The notes beneath the pieces were generated by a model. It was not told where the DNA came from. It saw nothing but the letters and a program-made list of their open reading frames with translations, and did no database searches. The position numbers were made by a program, and so were the translations under genes. Shown piece by piece: positions 28,866 to 38,706 of a stretch of DNA of 64,000 nt (its first letter is position 1; the number at the start of each line of letters is the position of its first letter). This stretch comes from a bacterium (lineage in GTDB: Bacteria; Hydrothermota; UBA3073; JACQXS01; JAQTXJ01), in contig JAQUPX010000007.1 of NCBI GenBank assembly GCA_028716385.1, positions 17,017 to 81,016 on the forward strand, written 5' to 3'.

Positions 28866-30324
28866 ATGCCTTTACTTTTTGCCTGAAATCTTCTCCCCTT
28901 GCACTATAATCTCGATACCAATCAAACGAAGCAAACCCGGGTGACAATATTATTACATCTCCCTTTTGTGCTTCAGAAAAAGCTATTTTTACTGCAGACT
29001 CCATGTTCTTAGCCTCTTTGTGTTTTACGGTTAACCCTTTTGAGAGCCTCTTTGCAGCTTCTCCGATTAAGACACAAAATTTTGTATTTTTGTTCATCGC
29101 CTTTACCATTTCTATCGTAGAAAAATTCTTCTCTTTTCCGCCGGCTATCAAAATCGTGCTGATTTTTCCTGTCTTGCCCAAACTATTTAATACTTTTATA
29201 AACGCCGCAGGATTGGTACACATCGAATTATTTATTACTCTTATTCCTTTACTTGTCTTGAGCGAAGTCGAAAAACAGGTATCTACTTCTTCCATCCTGT
29301 TTGAAACTCCCTTGAATACTTTAAGCCCTTCTATGATGTATCTCCTGCCTATTCCTAGCGCTTTTGCCGCAAGAATAGCCGCAAGGTAATCTTCCATCAA
29401 ACAGCCCCATCTTATATTTAAGGTTTTTGTATTAAATTTTTCCACCGCCCTGCTGCTTTTGCCAGTGTTGCATATTATGTCGTTCCCTTCTGTCCATATA
29501 TCGGGTGACAAAATTGATGAAGAGGTTCTTTTATAAACGGTAGAAAAATATAATTTTCGTGATTTCAACTTCAATGCACGCATATTCTCGTCATCAAAAT
29601 TCAATATCGCAAAATCATCTTTTGTTTGATTCATAAATAATCTTAATTTTGCTTTTTTATATTCGCCAATATTCTTATACCGGTTCAGATGGTCGGCAGT
29701 TACATTAAGCAACACACCTACTTTAGGACGAAATGCTTTTATACTTTCAAGCTGAAAACTGCTTATCTCTATCACCGGAATAAAATTTTGACTCCCGTAT
29801 GAATCCACTATTGCCGTAAAAGCCGTCCCGGTATTTCCACATACGACACTATTTTTCTTTGCCGCTTTTAAAATATTATTTATCAGATGCACTGTCGTCG
29901 TTTTCCCGTTCGTCCCGGTTACGCCTATTATTTCTTTTTGTTTGCTGTTCAAGGACATATATGCAAATTCCAGTTCTCCTATCACGGGGATTCCTTTCTT
30001 TTGCGCTTTCTGAAAAATAGGAAGACCTAACGGAACCCCGGGTGAAACTATAATCATATCCTGCTGGAGCAGTTTTTCGCTGTTAACGCCAAACTCCCCC
30101 TGAATTTGCATGCAACATCCCGCCCCGGCGGCAGTTGTTTTCTTGCTGAACTCCGGTATCCGGGATAATTCGGATAGAAACACTTTGAACTTAGCCTTTG
30201 CTTCAGCAGAAGAATCGCTGATAAAAACTCCTGCACCTTCTCTTAACAAAGCTTTTGCGCATGCCATACCGCTTCTTTGAAAACCTACAATCCCAACTCT
30301 TTTCATTTGTCTTTCCTTTTTCAT
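28816..30324 (-). CDS. murD: UDP-N-acetylmuramoylalanine--D-glutamate ligase MurD
   Basis: GVTGTNGKTTT P-loop and Mur ligase central/C-terminal domains; ~50 aa longer than typical and overlaps the ftsW start. Confidence 0.9.
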   Translation of the reverse strand: MKKERQMKRVGIVGFQRSGMACAKALLREGAGVFISDSSAEAKAKFKVFLSELSRIPEFSKKTTAAGAGCCMQIQGEFGVNSEKLLQQDMIIVSPGVPLGLPIFQKAQKKGIPVIGELEFAYMSLNSKQKEIIGVTGTNGKTTTVHLINNILKAAKKNSVVCGNTGTAFTAIVDSYGSQNFIPVIEISSFQLESIKAFRPKVGVLLNVTADHLNRYKNIGEYKKAKLRLFMNQTKDDFAILNFDDENMRALKLKSRKLYFSTVYKRTSSSILSPDIWTEGNDIICNTGKSSRAVEKFNTKTLNIRWGCLMEDYLAAILAAKALGIGRRYIIEGLKVFKGVSNRMEEVDTCFSTSLKTSKGIRVINNSMCTNPAAFIKVLNSLGKTGKISTILIAGGKEKNFSTIEMVKAMNKNTKFCVLIGEAAKRLSKGLTVKHKEAKNMESAVKIAFSEAQKGDVIILSPGFASFDWYRDYSARGEDFRQKVKAYETSRLGGDCKQSNKD

Positions 30325-30368
30325 TTCTCCCTTCCTACTTCCTGCGATCTACTACCTACTGTCTTTTT

Positions 30369-31451
30369 TCATCTTATTTTCAGTGTAGATAAGCAAACAA
30401 TAAGAAACAATATTCCAATAATCCAGAACCTGACTACTATTTTATTTTCGGGTAATCCTTTTTTCTCATAATGATGATGAATTGGAGCCATACGGAACAA
30501 GCGTTTTCCATGTGTTCGTTTGAAATAAAAAACTTGTAAAATAACGGACATTGTTTCAATGGCATACGGTCCGCAAGCTAATAAAAGTAAAACTTCTTGT
30601 TTTATAAGCACCGCAGCCACACCGATAATTCCGCCCAGCATAAGCGCTCCGGTATCTCCCATAATAATCTGGGCAGGCGACGTATTGTACCATAAAAACC
30701 CGAGAGACGCCCCGGCAGCCCCGGCAAGATAAACAGTTAACTCTCCTGCTCCGGGAATATGAATGATTCCAAGATAGTGAGAAAAATTTAAGTTTCCTAC
30801 CGCATAAGCAAGAATGAGAAACGCAAATATAGCTTCCGCACCCAAACCAATCGCAAGACCATCCAGCCCATCCGTAAGGTTTGTAGCATTAGTAACGGCA
30901 ATCAACACAATAACAATAAAAGGGATATAAAACCATCCAAGATATACAAACCAGTTTTTTAGAAACAATAAAGTAGTATAAGATTTAAAACTGATATCTT
31001 TAGGGAAAAAATAAACATAGATTCCAACAAGTAACCCGATAATTATTTGAGGTAAAAATTTCTGGAACTTAGAAATACCTTTTTTAAACTTTATTTTTCT
31101 TATGTCGTCAACTACACCTATTGCACCAAAAGCAAGAGAGGAAAGCAAAATAACCCAGACATAAGGTTCTTTCAAATCACACCACAATAAAGCAGATACG
31201 GTAATGGCAAACATTAAAAGTAATCCACCCATAGTAGGGATATGGGTTTTTGTTTCCTGGCTCTTTATCCCTTTTTCTCTCACCTGGGCAAGGATTTTCC
31301 GTTTGGTAAGCCACCTGATTATATATTTCCCAAAAACTAGAGAAATCAATAACCCGGTTGCTCCCGCATAAGCAGCACGGAATGTTATATACTTAAACAG
31401 ATGAAAGAAAAAATACTTGGTATGTAACGGATACAATAAATCATATAACAT
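30369..31451 (-). CDS. mraY: phospho-N-acetylmuramoyl-pentapeptide transferase MraY
   Basis: 10-TM protein with NATNLTDGLDGLA and HHHYE motifs. Confidence 0.95.
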   Translation of the reverse strand: MLYDLLYPLHTKYFFFHLFKYITFRAAYAGATGLLISLVFGKYIIRWLTKRKILAQVREKGIKSQETKTHIPTMGGLLLMFAITVSALLWCDLKEPYVWVILLSSLAFGAIGVVDDIRKIKFKKGISKFQKFLPQIIIGLLVGIYVYFFPKDISFKSYTTLLFLKNWFVYLGWFYIPFIVIVLIAVTNATNLTDGLDGLAIGLGAEAIFAFLILAYAVGNLNFSHYLGIIHIPGAGELTVYLAGAAGASLGFLWYNTSPAQIIMGDTGALMLGGIIGVAAVLIKQEVLLLLACGPYAIETMSVILQVFYFKRTHGKRLFRMAPIHHHYEKKGLPENKIVVRFWIIGILFLIVCLSTLKIR

Positions 31452-31470
31452 TTTTACTCCTTATCTTAAT

Positions 31471-32931
31471 TCATCGCATTGATAAGCTAGATATAATTTT
31501 TGACATCCTCATTGCATTAGACCCCTTAACAAGCACTATATCACCTTTCTCCAGGAATTTCTTTACAAACGGGATAACTTCTTCCGAAGATTTGAAAGAA
31601 AACTTTTTCCTCAAATTAATATCTTCAATATAGTGTTTTGCCAGTTTTCCTACTCCAATAATTATGTCTATATTTTTCTCTTTAAGAAACTTTCCTATAT
31701 CCATATGAAACTGCTGGCTGTTTTTCCCGAGTTCCAGCATATCTCCAAGGATAGCAACGGTTCTGCTTTTGGGGAGTCTTTTTCCCTTCATCCCGGCTTG
31801 CGTTTTAAAAACACACAATTCTTCTATCGCAGCCCGCATTGAAAAAGGATTCGCGTTGTAAGTGCTGTCTATAATACGCATTCCTTTTATGTTCATTAAC
31901 TCGTCCCTGTGTTCCATCGGTTGGACATTTCTCAGGGCTTCCGACATATCCTTCAAAGACACGTCAAAATAAATTCCCGCGCTGATTGCCGCAAGCGCAT
32001 TATAAACGTTATGAATGCCGATAAAAGGTATCTTAAATTTAATCCCGTCAACCTTAAAACTTATCCCGTCTTTCAAGTCAACATCTTTCGCCGTCAAATC
32101 CAAATCCGAACCTTTTATTCCGAACTTAAATTTTTTCTGTATAAGCGGATACGGAAGTCTTATCGTCCTGAGCAGTGTATCATCTCCATTTATTATGGCT
32201 ATCTGCGTTCCACGCAGGAGTTCGGATTTTTCTTTTAATACGCCTTCGAGAGTTTTAAACGCTTCAAGGTGGCAGGCGCCTATATTCGTAATTATTCCTA
32301 CCTTCGGGTTTGCGATTTCCGATAATCTTTTTATTTCACCTTTACGATTCGCTCCAATCTCAAGCACACACATACTATGCTCGCCCGAAAGGTTAAACAA
32401 AGTTAACGGAACACCGGTAAGACTATTGTAACTGCTTTTATTTTTTAATACGTTATATTTCACCGAAAGACAGGTCGCGGTTAATTCTTTTGTAGTTGTT
32501 TTCCCGGTTGACCCTGTTATACCTACTACGGGCATTTTAAACTTTTTCCTGTAATATGCTCCTAAATCCCCCAGGGCTTTCAAAGTATCCTGAGCGGTTA
32601 TTATGTTGAGATTTATTTTACTAAATTCTTCTTTTATCTCCCTGATATCGGATAAAGTCTTTTTTACTTTTCCTCTTTCTATCAATACTGTAGAAACTTT
32701 TCCCCTAACCACATCCTTCACAAAACAATTTCCATCAACCTTTTTACCTTTTATTGCCACAAATAATTCCCCTTCTTTCACTGTTCTTGAATCTATTGAA
32801 ACTCCCGTAACAAATTTATTCTCTTTTAGTGTCGGCATTTGCTTACCTTTGGGACGATAAGTATATTCCGATATGTTTAACAATTCTCCCCGAACCCCTT
32901 TTGCAACATCTTTAATGCTTAGTTTTTCCAT
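31471..32931 (-). CDS. murF: UDP-MurNAc-tripeptide--D-alanyl-D-alanine ligase MurF
   Basis: GITGSTGKTTTKE P-loop and Mur ligase domains. Confidence 0.9.
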   Translation of the reverse strand: MEKLSIKDVAKGVRGELLNISEYTYRPKGKQMPTLKENKFVTGVSIDSRTVKEGELFVAIKGKKVDGNCFVKDVVRGKVSTVLIERGKVKKTLSDIREIKEEFSKINLNIITAQDTLKALGDLGAYYRKKFKMPVVGITGSTGKTTTKELTATCLSVKYNVLKNKSSYNSLTGVPLTLFNLSGEHSMCVLEIGANRKGEIKRLSEIANPKVGIITNIGACHLEAFKTLEGVLKEKSELLRGTQIAIINGDDTLLRTIRLPYPLIQKKFKFGIKGSDLDLTAKDVDLKDGISFKVDGIKFKIPFIGIHNVYNALAAISAGIYFDVSLKDMSEALRNVQPMEHRDELMNIKGMRIIDSTYNANPFSMRAAIEELCVFKTQAGMKGKRLPKSRTVAILGDMLELGKNSQQFHMDIGKFLKEKNIDIIIGVGKLAKHYIEDINLRKKFSFKSSEEVIPFVKKFLEKGDIVLVKGSNAMRMSKIISSLSMR

Positions 32932-33022
32932 TTCTTATTCTTTCCCTCCTTTATACAAGCTCTTATCCATTTCGTAGAGCTTGTTATCCCGCCTTAGCGG
33001 GGCTTTTCCCCCTACCTCATCT

Positions 33023-34582
33023 CTACTTTTTATTTTTCAGTACTTCCCTTATAATAGCTTTTTCATCCCACGGCATTTTAATTTCTCCCAGAAGCTGGTA
33101 ATTCTCGTGTCCTTTCCCGGCAACTAATATGACGTCCTCCGCAGATGAACGCGCTATCGCATGTTTTATTGCTTCTTCCCTGTCAAGTATGACTTCGTAA
33201 TTACATTTATTTATTCCCGAAATTATATCTTCGACTATTTTTTTAGGGTCTTCGCTTCTCGGATTATCCGTCGTCAATATTACGTAATCAGCATTCTCAG
33301 ACGCCACGTTTCCCATCAACGCCCTTTTGCCATGGTCTCTATCGCCTCCACATCCAAAAATACATATCAGTCTGCCTGTCGTAATCGCTCTTGCTGAACG
33401 CAATGCGCTCTCCAATGCCCCGGGAGTATGTGCGTAATCAACTATTACCCGTCCAACTACATCAAACCTGCCCGGGACAGCCTGTAAATTTTTTATCCCC
33501 CGGCTAATAGTATCAAACTCTATCCCATCCGCAAAACCACAGGCAGTTACAAGTAAAATATTTGACAAATTATGTGTACCGATAAGAGGAGAAGTTATCT
33601 TTCCTTCCCCTTTATGTTGTTTTACAAACTTGTATTCTTTCGGGAATTCCCATTTTACGTTTATTTCAATTCCACTCAAAGTAGCGTTGTTAATTTCTCC
33701 CCAAACGTTACACTCTTTCCCCGTTCCATAACTGACAACTTTTGCTCCGCTTAAAACGGATTGCGAACTATATCGTTCAAACACGTATGAATCTTTATTC
33801 AAAACCGCTATTTTATCTTTTTTTAATTCCTTAAATAATTTCAACTTCGCTTCTGCATATTTTTCAACCGTTTCGTGAAAATCCAGGTGGTCTCTCTCAA
33901 GAGTCGTGAACCCGGCAACGTCAAAGTCTATCCCGTATACCCTATCCAATTCAAGCGAATGAGAAGAGACTTCCATCACGCAAACTTTTGTTCCTTCTTC
34001 TACGAAATCAGCCAGCACACTTTGCAGTTCCGGAGCTTCAGGCGTAGTATTATGCGCTTCTATTTCTTCTTTGCCACCGGTATACTTTATCGTTCCTATC
34101 AATCCCGTTTTTAAACCCGCAGCTTCGTATATGGACTTCAGAAGAAAAGTAGACGTTGTTTTGCCATAAGTCCCGGTTATTCCAATCATCTTTAACTTCT
34201 TTGCAGGATTATTATAAAACTCTCTCGACAAAACTGCCATAGCTTTACGGCCATCTTTCACGTATATGGAACATCCCGCCCCGGCGGTGATTATTTCCAC
34301 GCCTTCACCCGGTTTAAAGGTTTTCGTAACGGATTCTTCAATGATTAAAACTTTAGCGCCTTTTTCCATTGCAGACTCAATATATTTCAATGCGCTGTCA
34401 CTTAAGACATCTCCGACCTTAAATCCTTTATATGCGACAAAAATATAATCTTTGTTTACCTTACGGGAATCGTAAGCTATTCCTTTTATATCTATTTTTG
34501 ATAACTTATCCATTACTTCGGGCGATAAAACCGTTGCAATTCCATCAGGAATCAAACTTTTTATCAATTTATCCGCTTTCAT
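33023..34582 (-). CDS. murE: UDP-MurNAc-L-Ala-D-Glu--2,6-diaminopimelate (or L-Lys) ligase MurE
   Basis: GITGTYGKTT P-loop; DNPR signature (TTDNPRSEDP). Confidence 0.9.
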   Translation of the reverse strand: MKADKLIKSLIPDGIATVLSPEVMDKLSKIDIKGIAYDSRKVNKDYIFVAYKGFKVGDVLSDSALKYIESAMEKGAKVLIIEESVTKTFKPGEGVEIITAGAGCSIYVKDGRKAMAVLSREFYNNPAKKLKMIGITGTYGKTTSTFLLKSIYEAAGLKTGLIGTIKYTGGKEEIEAHNTTPEAPELQSVLADFVEEGTKVCVMEVSSHSLELDRVYGIDFDVAGFTTLERDHLDFHETVEKYAEAKLKLFKELKKDKIAVLNKDSYVFERYSSQSVLSGAKVVSYGTGKECNVWGEINNATLSGIEINVKWEFPKEYKFVKQHKGEGKITSPLIGTHNLSNILLVTACGFADGIEFDTISRGIKNLQAVPGRFDVVGRVIVDYAHTPGALESALRSARAITTGRLICIFGCGGDRDHGKRALMGNVASENADYVILTTDNPRSEDPKKIVEDIISGINKCNYEVILDREEAIKHAIARSSAEDVILVAGKGHENYQLLGEIKMPWDEKAIIREVLKNKK

Positions 34583-34794
34583 TATAATTATTTTCTATTT
34601 TTGATTATACCCTAAATCATATATGTTAATAATCTTTTCATTCCCCTTCTCTTTTTTTCTCTGTGCTCTCGGCATTCTCTGTGTTCTCTATCCATTTTTT
34701 ATATTCTATTGTCTGTTCTTTTATTCTCTCCGTGTTCTCTGTGGTTAGACTTAATCTGTTTTCTGTTCTCTTTTAATCTGTTCATTCCAAAATC

Positions 34795-34835
34795 CCCAAT
34801 CCCTGCCTGCCGGCAGGCAGGCAAAATCTAAAATT
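34795..34835. repeat. copy of the 20-bp palindrome element (CCTGCCTGCCGGCAGGCAGG)
   Basis: Perfect palindrome at 34802-34821, flanked by the CCAAAATCC/AAAATCTAAAAT motifs also seen at 1040-1095. Confidence 0.8.
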
Positions 34836-34840
34836 TCTTC

Positions 34841-36433
34841 TCATTTTACCGCTTCCGTCAACTTCAACGTATTTTTCTTTTTAAAAAACATTTGGGGCTG
34901 ATTATTAACCGGCGCATCTTTTTTCATTGCAAATATTTGAGTCCCGGAAACCAAACTCGAATCCAAGAAACACTGGTATTGTTTTAACTTTACGATATTC
35001 CCTACTATTTCTTTAATAACCGGTCCGCACACCTGGCTGCTTAAACACATTCCTTTAGGTTCGTTGATTATACATGCAACGAGAATTTCCGGGTTATCCG
35101 CCGGGAAATAAGTTATAAAACTTGCGATATACGCATCGTATCTTCCGTTAACGACTTTTTGCGCCGTTCCGGTTTTGCCTGCCATTTTCAATCCCGAAAC
35201 TTTTGCGCTCATCCCGGAGCCTTTTTCAATGACCCCGCACAAGAGTGAATTCACCAAATCCGCATCCGCAGGACTCAACACTTTTCTCACCACCAGAGGA
35301 CTGGATTCGTATATTGTTTCGCCTTCGGAAGAAATTATTTTTTTCACGATAATCGGTCTTAAAAGTTCCCCTTTATTTGCAACTGCCTGGTAAGCAAGCG
35401 CAAGCTGGAGCAAGTTACAGCTCATTCCCTGTCCGAACGATATGTTCGCAAAACTAAGTGTTGACCATCTGTCCGGGGTAGTTAACCTGCCGGGAGCTTC
35501 GCCGGGCAAAGGAATACCGGTTGGCGTACCAAACCCGAAAAGTCGCGCTCCGATATAAAAGTTTCCTTTTCCTATACGGGGTGTAAGCCTGACAAACGCC
35601 ACGTTACTTGACTGCCATACGGCTTGTGAGAATGTAAACTCATCGTGTTTATGAGCGTCATGAATCGTATGGTTGCCTATGGTTATTTGAGCGCTCCCGT
35701 CTTCCACGATTTCCTCTAATCCAACAAGTCTTTTTTCCATTAACAAAGAAATCGGAACTACTTTAAAGCTGCTGCCCGGTTCAAACTGGTCTTGTATAAC
35801 CGAATTATTCCATTCTTTAAACCTGCGCCATTCCGCAGGATCACATGACGGAACTGTCGCCATAGCAAGAATTTCGCCGGTTTTGCATTCAATCACCACG
35901 CCACTTCCTTCTTTGGCATTTAATTCTCTTACTCTATTCATTAAAGCGGTTTCCACTATCGCTTCTATGTCCGTGTCTATGGTTAACACTATATCATTTG
36001 CGGATTTCATAGGTTTCATCGGAAGTCCGGGATAGGGATAAAGTTTCCCGTAAGGAGTTTTCGCCATTGTCAACCACCCGGGCGTTCCGCTCAATACGTG
36101 GTCAAATTCATATTCCACGCCTTCAAGTCCCATACCGTCTTTTCCTATAAAACCGATTGTATTCCCGCAAAGTTCATGAAGCGGGTATATGCGTTTTTTA
36201 CCTATCGTAAGGGCGAAAACTTTATATTCACGGTCATATATTTTTCCCCTCTGGGGAATTGTTTTTATTCTTTTTTCGGATTGTTCTTTTACGCGGGTTT
36301 CGATACCCGTATACCGGACAATTTGCAAGTCTATGAGTTTGACAATAATAAATGCCTGCATCGCGACGCATATAATTATCAATGTAGCAACCCTACCAAC
36401 AGGAAGTTTTTTATCAGAATTTTTTTTGCTCAT
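34841..36433 (-). CDS. ftsI: peptidoglycan D,D-transpeptidase FtsI (class B PBP)
   Basis: N-terminal TM anchor; SxxK (GSSFKV), SSN (WQSSNVAF) and KTGT (AGKTGTAQ) motifs. Confidence 0.9.
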   Translation of the reverse strand: MSKKNSDKKLPVGRVATLIIICVAMQAFIIVKLIDLQIVRYTGIETRVKEQSEKRIKTIPQRGKIYDREYKVFALTIGKKRIYPLHELCGNTIGFIGKDGMGLEGVEYEFDHVLSGTPGWLTMAKTPYGKLYPYPGLPMKPMKSANDIVLTIDTDIEAIVETALMNRVRELNAKEGSGVVIECKTGEILAMATVPSCDPAEWRRFKEWNNSVIQDQFEPGSSFKVVPISLLMEKRLVGLEEIVEDGSAQITIGNHTIHDAHKHDEFTFSQAVWQSSNVAFVRLTPRIGKGNFYIGARLFGFGTPTGIPLPGEAPGRLTTPDRWSTLSFANISFGQGMSCNLLQLALAYQAVANKGELLRPIIVKKIISSEGETIYESSPLVVRKVLSPADADLVNSLLCGVIEKGSGMSAKVSGLKMAGKTGTAQKVVNGRYDAYIASFITYFPADNPEILVACIINEPKGMCLSSQVCGPVIKEIVGNIVKLKQYQCFLDSSLVSGTQIFAMKKDAPVNNQPQMFFKKKNTLKLTEAVK

Positions 36434-36975
36434 TTTTTATTCTTTGAACTCGTTGTTTTCTTTTTTTCTTTTCTCTGCGAACTCTGGGTCTCTACGGTGA
36501 GATTTTTGTTATCTGTTTTTATTTTCTGAACTTTATTTTTTGTTTCTTTTACGGCGGACGAATCCGGTTTTGGCACATATGCCACAGCACTAGAACTATC
36601 CGATTCAATTGAACCAGTATTAACTATCCTGTCATATCTGGCAAGATTAACTTCTTTTGCGCGAAGGTTATCCAGTTCTTCTCCTATTTTTTTAAGCGAC
36701 CTGTTTTCTCTGTCCAGTTGAAAAGTCAATCCCACCGTAGAAAAGTATTCTATCAGATAAAGTATTCCAATCACAAAAAGGCTTATTACAAACAAGCTTA
36801 TTCTTTTTATGCCGATTTTTTTTACACTTACGATATTCCCGATATCTTCAACTTTAACGTTTTTTGCATCGAATTTTATCTTCTTTTTTTTCCTAACCTT
36901 CTTCTTCCCTTCTTCTCTTTTTATCTCCTCTTCCATTCTCCTAATCTCCCCTTCTCCGCATCTCCCCTTCTCCAC
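36430..36975 (-). CDS. ftsL: FtsL-like bitopic cell division protein (start uncertain; internal Met at ~36936 plausible)
   Basis: Lys-rich N-terminus, single TM (ISLFVISLFVIGILYLI), then coiled coil; located between rsmH and ftsI; C-terminal LTVETQSSQRKEKK is encoded by the dispersed CGCAGAG-type element. Confidence 0.55.
   Translation of the reverse strand: MEKGRCGEGEIRRMEEEIKREEGKKKVRKKKKIKFDAKNVKVEDIGNIVSVKKIGIKRISLFVISLFVIGILYLIEYFSTVGLTFQLDRENRSLKKIGEELDNLRAKEVNLARYDRIVNTGSIESDSSSAVAYVPKPDSSAVKETKNKVQKIKTDNKNLTVETQSSQRKEKKKTTSSKNKK
36465..36500 (-). repeat. triple-CGCAGAG-type element (reverse complement), in-frame in the ftsL 3-prime end
   Basis: Reverse complement CTCACCGTAGAGACCCAGAGTTCGCAGAGAA encodes LTVETQSSQRK. 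Confidence 0.75.
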
Positions 36976-37942
36976 GTCTCCCTCTTTCGTCTCCGCGTCT
37001 CTCCCTTCCCCAATCTCCGTCTCTATCCCTTCTCCGTTCTCGCATTCCTTTTTCTCTGAGTCTTTCTTTCTCTCCCACTTCTATTCGTTCCGCACACCTC
37101 ATTTTTGCGCTTCTTGCGCGGTGATTATTTTCAATTTCGGCATCCGTCGGTACAACGGCTCTATGCGTAACTTCTCTCAGTTCCTGCGAAGTCCTGAAAT
37201 ATCGTTTTATAATGCGGTCTTCTAGTGAATGATACGCAATGGTACAAATCCTGCCTCTTGGTTTCAGCAATTTTGTTGCATCTTCCAGCCCCTTGCTAAG
37301 GGAATTAAGTTCATCATTCATAAATATTCTCAAAGCCTGGAACACCCTTCCAAGTGTTTTACTTCTGCCTTTCCACGGAGTAATACTCGCAATAATATCT
37401 CTGAGTTCCATCGTAGTTTTGGGTTTACTTTCTATGACAAGTCTTGCAATACGGCGCGCGAGATATTCTTCGCCGTATTCTTTCAGAATAAACTCCAGGT
37501 CATCGACTTTGAGTTTTTCTATCATTTTATAACAGGGGAGCCCGCTTTCGCGGTTAAAACGCATATCAATGGGAGAGTCAAACCTGTGGCTGAAGCCACG
37601 GTCCGGGGTATCTATATGAAAACTGGAAAGCCCGAGGTCAAAAAGAATACCATCTACTTTTTCAGGAATAATACTGCCTATTTCTTTAAAATTCGACCAT
37701 AAGAAATTTATATTCGGGTTAAATGATGTTAGATTTTTTTTTGCCAATTCCATAGACTCGCAATCGGCGTCAATAGCATATATTTTTATATCCTTGCAAG
37801 CATTAAACAATGCAAGGGTATGTCCGCCCAACCCGAGAGTGCAGTCCACATAAACGCCCCCGGTTTTGGGTCTTAAAAACGCAACTACTTCCCTTTCAAG
37901 AACAGGTATATGCGTTCCTGGTGTTAATATTTTTTCGTCCAT
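36941..37942 (-). CDS. rsmH: 16S rRNA (cytosine1402-N4)-methyltransferase RsmH (MraW) with a repeat-encoded Arg/Glu/Asp-rich tail
   Basis: SAM motif GGVYVDCTLGLGGHT and conserved RsmH core through …ARSAKMRCAERI; the last ~48 aa (EKERLREKGMRERRRDRDGDWGRERRGDERGRRGEGEMRRRGD) come from CT-rich repeat DNA at 36941-37085. Confidence 0.85.
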   Translation of the reverse strand: MDEKILTPGTHIPVLEREVVAFLRPKTGGVYVDCTLGLGGHTLALFNACKDIKIYAIDADCESMELAKKNLTSFNPNINFLWSNFKEIGSIIPEKVDGILFDLGLSSFHIDTPDRGFSHRFDSPIDMRFNRESGLPCYKMIEKLKVDDLEFILKEYGEEYLARRIARLVIESKPKTTMELRDIIASITPWKGRSKTLGRVFQALRIFMNDELNSLSKGLEDATKLLKPRGRICTIAYHSLEDRIIKRYFRTSQELREVTHRAVVPTDAEIENNHRARSAKMRCAERIEVGEKERLREKGMRERRRDRDGDWGRERRGDERGRRGEGEMRRRGD

Positions 37943-38045
37943 CTTTATTAGTCGGACTTTCCCGCCTTGCGGGGGACCAACTTGTCCTGCTTGCTGAATA
38001 CCCAGCTCCGCTGGACTTTATCTCAAACTAAAAACTTTTTGTTTT

Positions 38046-38200
38046 CAAATCTGCGGCAATCTATACGAGAATCTTTTTTCTCTACTATAGTTTCGAGTTT
38101 TTTGTAGGTTCTGTTCATTCGTTTTTTAATCTTTTAATTTCTTTTACTATAGTCCCGGATACGTTACGGGATCCTGTTTATCTGCGTATATCTGCGTCCA
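38046..38200. repeat. dispersed repeat (family with a copy at 20493-20600) inserted between mraZ and rsmH
   Basis: TCTGCGGCAATCTATACGAGAATC…TTTGTAGG…GTTTTTTAATCTT…CCTGTTTATCTGCGT aligns with 20493-20600 along ~110 bp. Confidence 0.75.
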
Positions 38201-38240
38201 AAACTGTACTTTTGTTCCTTATTCGGTTAAAAAGAGCAAA

Positions 38241-38672
38241 CTACAAATTCAAATCCGGCAGTCCCTTTATGTATGTTGGTTCTGCCTCACCTTCCGCCTC
38301 ATAAACTTTACTATCCCATATTTCTATTCTGTTGATTACTCCGATAATAGTGACTTCTTTATTAATCCCGGCAAATTCCAGGAGATATTTCGGCACCATA
38401 ATTCTGCCCTGGGAATCGAGTTTCACTTCACGGGCATTCGCTGTAAACCATCTCACCCCGCGACGGGTCATTGCATCACTTGTAGGATACTGGCGAAGTT
38501 TTGACTCGACTTTGAGCCATTCGTCAAGGGGATACAAGACAAGACACTTATCAAACCACTTAGTCACCACAAAGCTCCCCTTGGCTTTTGATGACAAACC
38601 TCTCCTAAAGTCAGCAGGGATAAACAATCTACCCTTATCTCCTAAGTTATATTCGTATCGTCCCCTATACAC
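38241..38672 (-). CDS. mraZ: transcriptional regulator MraZ
   Basis: Two SpoVT/AbrB-like halves with DxxGR motifs (LGDKGRLFIP, LDSQGRIMVP); GTG start; first gene of the dcw cluster. Confidence 0.9.
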   Translation of the reverse strand: MYRGRYEYNLGDKGRLFIPADFRRGLSSKAKGSFVVTKWFDKCLVLYPLDEWLKVESKLRQYPTSDAMTRRGVRWFTANAREVKLDSQGRIMVPKYLLEFAGINKEVTIIGVINRIEIWDSKVYEAEGEAEPTYIKGLPDLNL

Positions 38673-38706
38673 TTACCCTCCACTTTAAACCACTTTTCAC
38701 CACTTA
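38670..38706 (-). promoter_or_regulatory. putative MraZ operator: four direct repeats (T/A)AAGTG(G/T) with 10-bp periodicity
   Basis: Plus strand CACTT at 38670, CCACTT at 38680, 38690 and 38700 (minus strand TAAGTGT, AAAGTGG, AAAGTGG, TAAGTGG), abutting the mraZ start. Confidence 0.5.
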
